In this document: positions 49,501 through 61,262 of the stretch, piece after piece
Layout: each line of letters begins with the position of its first letter
How positions within the stretch are numbered: the first letter of the stretch is position 1
Assembly (NCBI GenBank): GCA_010909165.1
Contig: VJWM01000068.1
Span: 744,001-808,000 of the forward strand
Direction of reading: 5' to 3'
Length of the DNA: 64,000 nucleotides
Origin: Anthoceros angustus
Taxonomy: Eukaryota > Plantae > Anthocerotophyta
Position numbers and translations under genes: made by a program
Notes under the pieces: generated by a model
The model's input: only the letters and a program-made list of their open reading frames with translations
Database searches by the model: none
What the model was told of the DNA's origin: nothing

Positions 49501-51466
49501 GGCCTGTCATTTGTTACAAAAGTATCTGAAAACTACCTGATCATCCGCCAGGATACCACCAACAGGGAAGTGCTCACTTGGAGCCTCCCTCTTTGTCATC
49601 CAATTAAGAGCAATCCTCTGCAATATCCACATGACAAATATCCTCAATATACTCTCACATTGAAAGAGAAGTAGTATCTTTCAGAAAGAGGATCACACAA
49701 AATTTCCATCCATGTGACCACCCATTAGTGTACCTGATGCTTCAAAAGTTGAACAGTCATCAGACCCTCATCCAAAATTGATTCGGCAGAGGTAGCACCT
49801 TCTGCAAGATTCTGAAACATCAACAGAAGATCACGCTTAGAGGCTTCAACAGACAGCAAGACGCAAGAGAGCAGTTAATCTCATACTCGAATGGCAGATC
49901 ATACAGTTCAGAGATCATCAAAGGAGCCAGCTGAACCTACTTTTCCCCTGCTGACCACACTGTTGACGTTCTGACCAGGGAAGGTTCTACAGATATTCCG
50001 TGCAATTCCAGAGGGTGGCATGGTCACTATTGCAGTCAGATCATTGCTGTAAGGCTGAACCTGCTCCTTCAAACGTCTTCGTGTGTACCCAGGCAAATCA
50101 AGGACTTTGACATCAGGCCACTTTGTGATGGCAGGATGTCTGGCAGAGAGCCCAGCAGCAGCGATCTGTTTGTTCAACAAGTCTGTTGGCAAAGATGCCA
50201 CAGGTTTGGCAATATTCCAAGCTTGCGGTGCAGGTGCTTCTGACTTAACCATAGAAAGATCAACAAGCTGAAATTCTGACTTATCCTGTCCATCAAACTT
50301 CTGGGCTAGACAGGGACTTGTAACACGATGCCGTTTTGCTCCTGAATCCATCCATGCAGGAAGCATTCGTTTTCCAAGTGCAGTGCTCCCCACTTCCATT
50401 TGATCTGACAGTTCATCATCACTGCTTTCTATCTCAGTGAGGTCAACAATTCCATAGCTGATTACAGCAGGCTGACTTTTTGTGTCTACAGCTTGCACTC
50501 TGGAGCTTCCAGGATATGACATGACCATGACACATGTATCATCTTCAGAAGCAGCCATCCCATCCTTGCGAAACTCGACAACGTCAGAGCATGGGGACAG
50601 GTCTCCAGCTGATTCATTCACAAACTTGGACGGCTCCCAATCTGACGCTAAAACAGAATCATCAGGTTGTTTCGGTCGATTATGGTCAATAAGCCTATCT
50701 GGTGATCCATAAGACATAAGTCCTAACTCCTGTGACACATTGCTTGGGCCTCCAAAACTGAAGTTTTCCCCTCTCAGACCCTTGGATGTAGCAAATCGGC
50801 TGTCTACTGCCATTCCTGAAGCAGCACAGTCTTTTGAATTAGAACAGAGGGGTTGCAAGTCAGAGTCGACCAGAGCGGGACAAACGCCTCACAAGAAGAA
50901 TACCAGATGTTTGAGAGCCAAAATCCTGCCCAGCCGAAAGATCTCTTTGTTCTCCCAGAACTACGGCAGGTGAAAAGTGATTGTGTGACATATTTCCTGG
51001 TGTCTCCACGTTGTTATCCTGCCAAAAAGATGACAGCGGTAATAAGGTACAAACTGCAAAAACTAAGAGCTGTAAAGACTTCAAACCCTGAAACTAGGAC
51101 TAGCTTCCACATTCACAATCTAAAGTTGATCACTTCATACTGCATTACCTTTGGATCTTCCTCCAGTAAAGCCAAAAAATCGGCATAGCCAATATCAGCC
51201 TTGTCCCCATCACCCGTCATTTGTTCATCCCCATCCGCCATGATCTCCGGCTCCACCATACCATCTGCAGAGGTGTTGTAGCATTCATCCCCACTGTCAC
51301 TGATTTCATCCTCAGAGCTGTGGGTCAAGATATTTTTCATCCCATCAACCGTTGGATGAACCGGAGGACGAGAAAACAGACTTCCCATTCCTCCACCATC
51401 GATATGATCCAAAGAGATATTCATCTTCTGGATCTGCTGAACATCTCTGCACATTATTTTCCACAA
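46559..51466 (-). CDS. SNF2-family RING-finger helicase-like protein (RAD5/RAD16-like; plant CHR27/CHR28/EDA16 group), multi-exon
   Basis: [57 protein letters not shown] (CSIC...CSHVFCEQC...CPFSGC), [45 protein letters not shown]. The last exon ends DLRYLFRA*. The start codon is uncertain (51250-51466). Confidence 0.94.
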
Positions 51467-52843
51467 CCCTATAACCGTATGTCTACCCTGTTACAGCCAC
51501 CATTCCCGGCAGTTGTAGTATATTGACAACAGCGAGAGACATCTAGAAGCCGATCCTGTTACGCTTGCCGATCGCAGGTGCAGGCTACGTGCTATGAAGC
51601 TCTCCTCTGACTTTTCTTTCCAAGTCGAATCCTGGACCCATCTAAGAAAGATCAAGCTTCCAGATACAAAAAAAAGCAGCAACATGCCCACATCAAGACA
51701 ACTGCTGATCTCAGCATCAAAATCACAAAAAACGGGCAGAATCACGAAAAAACGGTTGGACTTCTCCCAGTACCTCACAATCAAAAGCAGCAAACAAGCG
51801 CAGGAATCGCTTGGACTGACATAAGTTTCTTGCACCAGCAGCTCATCTGGACTACAACCTTCCCAACAACCAGTCAGCACCCCAACTCCCCCGACATGCA
51901 ATCGCTGCCTCTCGTCTCCCATTCTGATGCCCCAAACACGTCTCCAGCTCCGAGGAAAACCCGTCCGTTTCCAGCTCCAAATCAGACAATTCAGCACACG
52001 GGCCTCACGTCGGACATTCGCATTGGCCAGACGCTTCAATATCCTCAGTCCGACTGACCAGTGATTCTCATCGTCCGCAAGCTGACTAAGCACTGAGAAA
52101 TGGCTTCCTTATAGCTGAGACATACCGGTAGACGATCCCGACGCAGCCAAGGTGGGTAGCATACAATGCAACAGTTGTCACGTTGGTATCAGAACATCGG
52201 CAGCAATCCGTAGATTAGGGTCTCTCCACCGGCTGTGGACAGCCATCACACAGATTTCACTCTTCCTCCGGCCTAGGGCTCTGTTCTTGCCTTTCACTTC
52301 ACGCGTACGCAATTGCAATCCCGCTTCTGCACTTATACGGAGTGCAGACCAAGTCTCGCCTCGGCATCATGCCTATTAGTCTTCAGCGATCCATTGCAGC
52401 GACTTGCTGAGTTGTCGAGCCTTCCTATGTTCGAGGTTTATGATAGCCCGCCCTCGAGCCAACGTTTCCACTGAAATTTGCCGAAGTCGCAAGGAATAAG
52501 CGTTAAACCTTTTTAAGATAATAGACCCACCCTCGGATCACAAATGAAAATTGAAGTGCGATAAAAATTTGTGCGTATCGCACTTACGGGGTACTAAAAT
52601 TCGCAGAACGTGCAGAGATTTAAACGTCGTTTCATTCGCGTGTATCTATTTTTCACACGTACGTAAAACCCTAAACCTATTTTGAAGAGAATAACCTACT
52701 TGCTTATGTTTCAAAGACACAAAAGTGGGTTGAGTTGTCAAATACCATTAGGATGTCCGTAAAAAAACTTAAAAATATTATGTTCAATGTATGGCGCATA
52801 TGGTCTCGCACTCCAAGGTATCTCGTCTCTCTAAGTGAAAATC

Positions 52844-53063
52844 CAGGGTCTATTTATAAAAGGACCAACTAAGGAACCTCAAGGGTCTATTTTTAAAAGG
52901 ACCAACTAGGGAACCTCAAGGGTCTATGTAAAAGAGGACGAACCAGGGAACCTCAAGGGTTTATTTATAAGAGGACCATCTAGGGAACCTCAAGGGTCTA
53001 TGTATAAGAGGACGAACTAGGGAACCTCAAGGGTCTATTCATCATAGGACCAACTAGGGAACC
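52844..53063. repeat. 37-bp minisatellite x6
   Basis: Units start at 52844, 52881, 52918, 52955, 52992 and 53029; consensus AAGGGTCTATTTATAAGAGGACCAACTAGGGAACCTC. Confidence 0.95.
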
Positions 53064-53456
53064 AATGGCTATCATGGGACTGAATTGGATTAATACATTT
53101 GGGGAAGCAAAAAAAAATGTAGAACTATTTTAAGGTAAAACTATTTGTATGATGGGCCTAGGACCTTATGTGGGTTTTTCCCATTCATCTTATTGTAGAT
53201 GGGACTTTGCATCGCTGCTTTTTTATAAAGGCCCCTGGCCTGGTGCCCCCTTGAGGATTGTTTCCCTTCCTTTCAGGGCAGATGGGATTTCTCATTTCTT
53301 TTTCTTACATGAAGTCTCTTTTTTGTCTTTTTACAAAGTCTCGGGCTACGCTCCATGATGCTCATACTACATCAGAAGAAGCCTCATAGGGATTTTTGAA
53401 TAGGCGACCTTATGTGACCAACAAATAGGCCTTTCTGTAGATAGGCCTACCTTTCT

Positions 53457-53612
53457 GTAGATACCTATGTATTTTCAACTTCATGCAAAACTACAAGCCA
53501 ATCAATCAAGCTCTTTGGTAGATACCTATGTATTTTCAACTTCATGCAAAACCACAAGCCAATCAATCAGGCCCTTTAGTAGATACCTATGTATTTTCAA
53601 CTTCATGCAAAA
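53457..53612. repeat. 61-bp tandem repeat x2.6
   Basis: 'gtagatacctatgtattttcaacttcatgcaaaa' at 53457, 53518 and 53579. Confidence 0.95.
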
Positions 53613-54180
53613 TGCTTTATTTTTCAATTTCAAAAAAGAGCCTTTATAAAGTAGGCGATTCCAATTTCATATAACTTGATACACTGAATGTCACAAAGTC
53701 CAGGTAGAAAATCAAGTGGCAAGGATTAATGACTTGAGTACTGCAATTAATTATTATCAATCTAATTAAGGTTATGTAATAACTCTTTACATAGATATAA
53801 ACTTAGCTGCTCTTCTTCACCATGACCCTCAGGGTCTCCTTTGATTGTGCTCCACCATATGGGCTTTTCCCATCAATTTATTTCCCTCAATAAAAAAGAC
53901 AGATATGAACAGTTTAGAGCACAACCTTGAATTCGTTTTATTTACTTAATAATTTTGTGATATTTAAAATAAATATATAATTATATTATAAGATATTAGA
54001 GATATATATATTATATTATATTTATAAATATAAAAATATTGTTAATGCATATGTAAAAGAATGGAGAGACTTTTAATGTAGATAGAAAAGAGGAAAAACA
54101 CCATCTACATCGAGAAAAAAGGGGGTCAACCTAACAAAGGGCACTAGGCCAAGGGGGACTAACTCCCGCGATCGCTTTTC

Positions 54181-54393
54181 TCAAAACTACCTACCGTCCT
54201 AAGAATCTCATGATCGGGATAAGAAAGGGCCTACCTACCCCACCGTCGAAGAAGCCGTCTCCTCTGTTCAAGTCGTCATCCTGTACTCAAAACTACCTAC
54301 CACCTTAGGAGTCTCGTGATCGGGATAAGAAAGGGCCTACCTACCCCCGCCGCCGAAGAAGCCGTCTCCTCGGTTCAAGTCGCCATCTTGTAC
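54181..54393. repeat. 106-bp tandem duplication
   Basis: 'tcaaaactacctacc...gatcgggataagaaagggcctacctaccc...gttcaagtcg' at 54181 and 54287. Confidence 0.95.
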
Positions 54394-54479
54394 ACCGCGT
54401 TCGCCAACGTTCTCTGCAGGGCGATGGACACCCATTACCTTAAAGAAAGACACAATATAAGAAGAGAGCAACCCTAAGC

Positions 54480-54880
54480 CTTAGTACAGGCTTTGAGGAA
54501 CTTCGAGAAGTTCGACCCATGGCCTCGTGAATCTCGATGGGAGATAAAAGTGTGGCCGTACATAAACACCATGGAGTTCCACGGTTGGTATCGCTTTGGA
54601 ACTGCGGAAGCATGAACGCGGCAAAAAAAAAATGTATGAACGAGTCTGTCAAAAAGATTGCCCAAGTTGGGCCTGGAATAAAGAAACACGAACTAGATAC
54701 AAAATAGGAAGCATGAAAGCGGCAACTCAGAGTGGGATTCTTTTTAATGGGACATCTCATCAAGACAGCGTAGAAGAGAGGTTTGGAAATATGTATGACG
54801 GTGTGTCCGCAATCGGACTTCCATGGCCTCAACACTGCAACAGCCTCGGTGAGGTTGCCCTCGCGACATAGCCTGCCTTT
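54480..54880 (-). pseudogene. PPR gene 5' remnant
   Basis: RLCREGNLTEAVAVL...ISKPLFYAVLMRCPIKKNPTLSCRFHA...FQSDT parallels LCRQGRLTQAVEAL...VSQFYFYTVLKKCVVEKDLDLGRRVHA...YQSDT of 25499..28273. Confidence 0.75.
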
Positions 54881-55169
54881 GCACAATCTCTGCCGTTTTG
54901 CGCCCATCTTCACCTGCAGACATGGGAGGGTCAGGATCATACCGTAAGCCCCCGTCGGAGGCATACTGACTCATCCTCACATATGAAACACCAATCTGAG
55001 CATGTCTCCACGCTGGCTAGAGGAAGGTGACCTCATGCGACTGCGTAGGCCGGAAGTGAGGTGAGCCACGACCCTTCTTCGTTTGCCTGTTATCCCACCC
55101 AGGGGGATCGGTCTCCAGCCAGACGTCCTGCAAAGGTGCTGCACGTCCCGACGAAGGCGACCAGAAGCC

Positions 55170-55620
55170 CTTCGTGAGCAGGGGATCGGCTCGCTGAGGA
55201 GTGGGAACCCTGGAATCTCTGGCGCAGACAGACTCTGCTATTTCCCAGTTTCTGTTTCACACTGTGCTAGAACTGTGCGAAAGTAGCTAAGAATCATCCA
55301 GTTGCCGAGCGAGAAATTCATGACCTCAGTGTCAAACTTGGGTACGGATCTCATTAGAATCATATCTTTGCGCATGAGTGCCATGGATGTGCTTACCAGG
55401 GCGGGCAAACCAAATGCCTGCAAGTGGTTTTCCATGATCTCTGCATATGCTAAGTAAAGCATGGGAAACCTAATGTGGCCATACAACTGTACCATGAGAT
55501 GGGTAGGTGAGAAGTGAAGGCGAGTGCTCACGTCTTTGTAGCTGCCCATCAAGCTTGTGCATCTGCCGCAGACTTGGAATCTGGCAGAGAAAAGTGCACG
55601 CTGATGTGTTGGACAGACTG
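55170..55620 (+). pseudogene. PPR gene 5' remnant
   Basis: Broken frames TLESLAQTDSAISQFLFHTVLELC, AMDVLTRAGKPNACKWFSMISAYAK*, AIQLYHEMGR*EVKASAHVFVAAHQACASAADLESG, KVHADVL are collinear with the first motifs of the intact PPR gene. Confidence 0.8.
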
Positions 55621-56974
55621 TGGCATTCCATGCGGAGTAGTTGACTCTGTGGATGGGACGAGGTCAAGAATGACACAAGGGGGGAATGTCGGAGGACTTC
55701 TTGTAGGCTTCGAAGGCACAGCTTCCTCGACCAGCAACTGAGAAGCGCAGACCCCATGGAGCCAGCTTGGGTGCAGCGAGAAGATTGGAATCCGGGACTA
55801 AGGTTGTCAAGTCTGGGTAGTGTACTAGTGAGCCCGTGCCAGAAAAACCTCCACTCGGGAAACTGTAGCCATAGCCACTTTGCAAACTTGCTAACGGACT
55901 CCTCTACAGTTGCGCTCAAATCCACACTTCTTGCTTGGGCTTTCACCTGCATAAGCCACCTCCTGCTAAGTTGACCAGTTAATGTAACACTTTGCATGAG
56001 GTTTGAACACAATGATATGGTGATGCTCCTTAGAAAGGGCAGGTAAGTAGTGCTCTTTCTTAACACTGCTGATTCCTTCCGATATCCAGGTGGAGGAAGC
56101 TGATTGTAGCAAGCGGCATCGGAGAAAAGAAAGGGTTGCTCGCCTAGAACGTCGCTGAACGGATCCAACTTTTGAGTTTCGCGGGCAAGGATACCGAGGA
56201 AATCGCCCAGCAGGGATCGGAGCGCGCATCGCCATTCAATGCCGGGCACGTCGACATCTCCGGAACCACTTCACCTTGAAAACGTATGAAATACATACAC
56301 AGGGTTTTCATAAAGCATCCCGGCGACTTAGGGCATGGGGGTGAGGCCTGGCGCACGGGAGGATCGCGCCAATGTCGATGCGGGTGAAACCATGGATGCG
56401 GCCAAGCCCGCTGCAGCGGGCGGCCGATGGTTTCACAGCATAAGGCTGAGCCTCGCGAGCTTTCCGTCAAGTTTTTCCCAATCCCTGGACATGCACCATC
56501 AAACTGTCATGGAATACAGTCCCTCCACAACTGGTATTGCCTTTTCGGCCAGGTCCTCCACCATCTGCAGGTGAGAAAATAGGTGTTCAGCTGTTTCAGA
56601 GGTTGTCATGGTCTCTGGCGATCTCTCGTCACTGGTGCCCCAGTATTCTTACCTTTTCTGCTTGCTTCCAAGAGCTCTGTGCCACAACAAAAAGAGCAGC
56701 CCCGAAGCCCTGTTGCCACCTGCTGGGACAAAAAAGAGCGGCAATGCACCATGCGTCTTCCGGCCAGCAGCTTGCCCGACTGCTTGCAGCTCTCTTCAGC
56801 AGCCTCAGTTGCAGCCTCCTCTTTCGCTGCTTTCTCCCTTTCCTGAATGGCCTTCTGCTCCGCAGCTTCGCACGCTTTCCTCGCGTCCTTTATCTGTTGC
56901 AGTTTCAGTTTCAGTGGCCACTGTCCACTGGACATGAAGGTACAACATTTACCCAGTCAGAAAAAACTCCTCAG

Positions 56975-57060
56975 CACATCACTCGTGTGCAGATTAGACA
57001 GGGAATGCTAGATTAGACAGGGAAAAGCATTCCCTGTCTAATCTGCACACGAGTGATGTG
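56975..57060. repeat. Perfect 35-bp inverted repeat with a 16-nt loop
   Basis: CACATCACTCGTGTGCAGATTAGACAGGGAATGCT (56975-57009) is the exact reverse complement of 57026-57060. Confidence 0.98.
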
Positions 57061-57476
57061 TGACAGGAAACCTTACATCGGCAGCACCTGGCAGCAGAAG
57101 TTTCAAGGTAACCTAGACAGATACATGTACAGAGACGGGTTCAAGACGAGACAATTTCAACTAGTTCCCCGTCGCCCGCCCCCGAGGGAGAAGAAGGCAC
57201 AAGTTACAAAGTGTTTGTTAGTGGACTTCAAATAAATTTGTGTGTTTGTTTGCTTGTTTGTTACGGCAAAGGGCAAAACTCATACGTCACCTCCCTGTCG
57301 CTGTGGTAGGTTATACAACTAGAGGTTGTTCGGCATGCGGATGTGGATGCCATCAGCAACACGATAGGAAGCAGACATCGGCAGTGCTACCTGGCCTTAC
57401 AAATATCTAGAGCATACGTTTGTCCCTGGAAACAAACATCGGCCAGTGAAGAGCGGTGTTTTGAGGGATTCCCACC

Positions 57477-60400
57477 ATGGCTATGCAGTCTCCTGCAGGT
57501 GTGATTATTGGAACAAGCCTCCTGAAGGCAGCAACTGCGACGGTGAAAAATGTGAGTGTGCATGGGGTAGCATGTTTCAGAGGCAGAGGCAGAGGCAGAG
57601 GCAGAGCCATGAACCATGCAGGCGGGGCCGGCGCCGTTTCCTATGTATGTTTACTTGGTCGCCCTTGGGAGTTGCAATTTGTCGTGCTTTGCATCCACAA
57701 ACAGCAGTATAAAGGAATTGTAACCGGGTTTTGCAGGACCTAGGCAAGATGCTAGCGGAAACGGACCTGCTCGTGGCGGGAGTGAAGCAGACGCTTGCAG
57801 GCTGGGACCGGGAGCCGGCCTCCTTGTACGCCGTAGCGTGGATTGCTCGGCTTCCCGCCACAGACGATGAGGAGGTCGCAGCAAGGCCCCAGTTCCCGCT
57901 GTGCCTCGACTACATCGTGCAACACCAGCTGCAGGACGGATCGTGGGGGAACCCGGCGCTCCACCCCGTGTTCGAGCGCGTCGTCACCACGCTCGCGTGC
58001 GTGGTGGCTCTCGCGTCCTGGCCTGGATCCAGCCACGCAGTCCAGAGAGGTGGGCGACGCGATTAATTGAGCGTCCAAGTGCGAGTGGCGTGATCCTTCA
58101 TGTTGCAACATTCGAGATCTTTTGCCTTTGCAAAAAAAAAGGACTCAAGCTTTCGAGGCCACACCTCATTGTTGTGAGGAGTTTAGATGCACTGCACTGA
58201 CGCATCCGTATCCGTGTGCCATGGGCAGGCGTGGAGTTTCTGCAACGGGCCCAGAGTGACCTCCCGTCCGCGTCACCGGACCAGCTGCCAATCGGGTTTC
58301 AGATCGTCGTTCCACGGCTGATGGAAGAAGCTAGAGGTCTCGGCTTGCGATTGGAGCCGTATGGTCACGAGGGTCAGGATTATTCCAGGTATGTGAGCCT
58401 TAGTACCGTGATCGAACCGTGATCTGAGATCCGTGCCCCTCAAGCTCGCCGTTGGTGCGGGCTCCAGGGTCCTGGTTCAAGCAGCGATGCGGAAGGTAGG
58501 GAACGAGTATCCACTGGAGAGCGTACGGTACGCCGTTCACTGGAAGGAGATTTTGGAGGAGTGGGATAGAGAAGGCAGATTGGATGCCGTGAGCGCAGCA
58601 CCTCTTGCGGCGGCGGCTGCCTGCTGCCTCCACACCAGAGACACCAAATGCCTCCATCTCCTCTCTAGAGCAGTGCGGCAGTTACACAGCCCTGACGCCA
58701 CGAGTGAGACTAGTGCCCAATCAAGGCCTCATGTGGCCTCGTTTTAGTGCATGTCTCATCAAGGCACTGGTCCATGTTTCAATTGCACAGGTGAGAGTTG
58801 GACGCATGGACTAATTCCCGCACATCCACATGCCCGCAGTCTCCCTCACCAGCGCGGACCTGTTGGAGGCACTGAGAGTGACTGACAGACTCTATCGCCT
58901 CGGGCTGTACCACCCGTTCAAGCAGGAAGTTCAGGAGTTCCTCCGATTCCTATACAGGTAATGTTGTCCATTGTAATCTTCTCATGGGTATACTACAGTG
59001 TGTATGATCGCCTTGGCAATTGAGACATGTATGCATGGCTCATGAACACGCATGGCAGCCACTGCTGGTCGCCAAAGCGAGGGCTGCTAACCATGGACGA
59101 CACCGCCACAGCCTTCCTCCTCCTCCGGGTGAACGGTTTTCCTGTCTCCCCCGGTACGCCGTACGCTCGCCTGCTGCATTGATACTGTGATATTCACAGC
59201 CTCATGACCTTCCGGATATTGTTTGGTGACCTCGTGATTTGCTCTCGTGAGATTAAACATGTTGTGGACCCGGCAGACGTGTTCGAGAGATTCCGGAAGC
59301 CCGGCGGGGAAATGGTATCTGAGGACGACCCTGTCAGCACCGTGCTCAGCTTCTACCGAGCCAGCCAGAGAGTGTTCCCTGGCGAGGATATTCTGGAAGC
59401 GGACAACCTGCAAGCCCTACGCTTGCTTCAGGAAAGGCATGACAGAAATGAATGCTTCGACGACTGGGTAGTCAGAAGGGATCTCAAACTGCAGGTACCC
59501 GCCGGTCCCAGTGCATGTGGCTTGCATCACATACACCTGTACGTCTGCGTGATTTAATTTGTGTGCAGTTCCAGGTTCGACGCACTTTGAACCGGCCCTG
59601 GCACGCATCAGTGTGCAGATGCGATGAGCAAGCCTTCATCGATGCGTTTGTTCCTGCAGAGGACGTCTGGGTTGGCAAGAGTCTATACAAGTGAGCTTAC
59701 TCGTCTATGTGTTTGAGCAAGTTGGGGACTTGCATCTCTTGCCAGCGGATTTCCACGTTAACACATGTCTTTGAGCCTGACCAACTGATGGCTGTCGATC
59801 ACCCGACCTTGCAGGACACCCTGTTTCATCAACCAGGCCCTTCTCCAGCTTGCAAAGGCAAACTTTAACTTGAACCAATCCATGCACACCAAAAGCATGG
59901 AAATACTGGACAGGTACGCCTTCACTTCATGCGCGTGCATATGTTTGATTGTGCCCTATGCGTAATGTGCTTGAATGTGCTGAACAATTTGATTTCCGGC
60001 AGATGGTATCTGGACTGCAGATTAGACTTGATCAACCTGGGCAAGCGAGCGCAGGTGAGAGAAAGCTACTTTGTGGCCTGGGGATCTGGGATCCTTCCCG
60101 AGTTTCCAGAGGCGGTCATAGCTTCCGCGCAGAACACAATCCTGACAACATTGACGGACGACTATTTCGACCTGAATGTCGACCCCTTTCCCGAGTTGGA
60201 GAAATTCGTGGAAGCGATCCGAAGGTTGCACACCTGCCTCATGCCACGCACTTCACAATCTGGAGCAGAGCTGCCAGCTGACCATCACGCCTTGAATTTC
60301 ATGCAGATGGGACCCGGCAGTGATAGAGAACGGCAGTGAGGTGCAACGGGTGCTCTTCTTTGCCATCTACAACACCATCAACGCTACCAGCGAGGCAGCA

Positions 60401-61103
60401 TCTCGATGTCAAGGGCGAGACGTATCCCACGAGCTGAGAAGCATGGTGAGCAGCTGGCAAGTTCAACGAGAGGTTCGTGAACACTTAAAAGGTTAAGCCG
60501 CTCATACCACATGGATGTATGCATACATTCCAGCACCTGCGCTTGGTGGAGGCGATGCTGCAGGAGGCAGAATGGACCGAGAAGGGGTTCCATCCGCCCA
60601 TGGACGACTACCTGCGGGTGGCAGAGACGTCGGTGGGGCTGGAGCCCATCGTGCTGAGTGCGCTAATGCTTATGCCCCACAAGCTGTCCACGGAAGTGCT
60701 GGAGGGCCCAGAGTACCCGCTGCTCCTGCAACTGGTGAGCAAATCCTTCAGGCTCATGAACGACGCGCGCACAGCCGAGCGAGAGATGCAGGCCGGCAAG
60801 TTCAACGCCCTGTCCCTGTGGCTGGAGCAGAACCCTGAGGCGGGCGTGGCGGGTGCGGAAGCCTACGTGGTGAGGCAGTCGGAGGAGGCCATGAGGCAGC
60901 TGGTGCAGGCCGTGTTTTTGGGGCCCCCGGCTCGTCATCAACCACATTCACCGCTGTTTCTCCCGTCTGAGAGCAGGCATTTGTTCCTGGGAATGGCTCG
61001 CGTCGTCAGGTTTTTCTACTACAAAGGTGACGGGTGGTCCAATCCCCACGAGACTGAACTGCAAGGGCAGGTCTCGGGCCTGCTCTTCCGACCCTTCTCC
61101 TGA
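57477..61103 (+). CDS. Tri-domain (gamma-beta-alpha) diterpene synthase, class I active, ent-kaurene-synthase-like
   Basis: SLYAVAWIA, QLQDGSWG, TLACVVAL, PIGFQIVVP, DRLYRLG, TMDDTATAFLLLRVNG, YRASQRVFPGE, WVGKSLY, TTLTDDYFD (DDxxD), SVGLEPIV, RLMNDARTAERE (NSE/DTE); stop at 61103. The start could be 57477 or 57609. Confidence 0.92.
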
Positions 61104-61262
61104 CAGCCAACTCGTTTGCCAATCTAGGTCTTGACGCTCTCCGTTTGTGCGCGGATGTACTGAGATGACAAAGTGGGAGCCCCTGCTCGGTTGCGTGTAA
61201 CAAAATTGTGGACAGGTCCACCTCTAGGCAAGGCTCCCTTGCGAGGGTTCTTGCAGCTTGTC

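Noticed and set aside
51491-52093. 200-aa minus-strand ORF upstream of the SNF2 gene
   Set aside because: No motifs and a composition typical of 5' UTR/intron sequence.
52844-53063. CRISPR-like array (37-bp periodicity)
   Set aside because: The units are contiguous with no unique spacers, the context is eukaryotic, and there are no cas genes.
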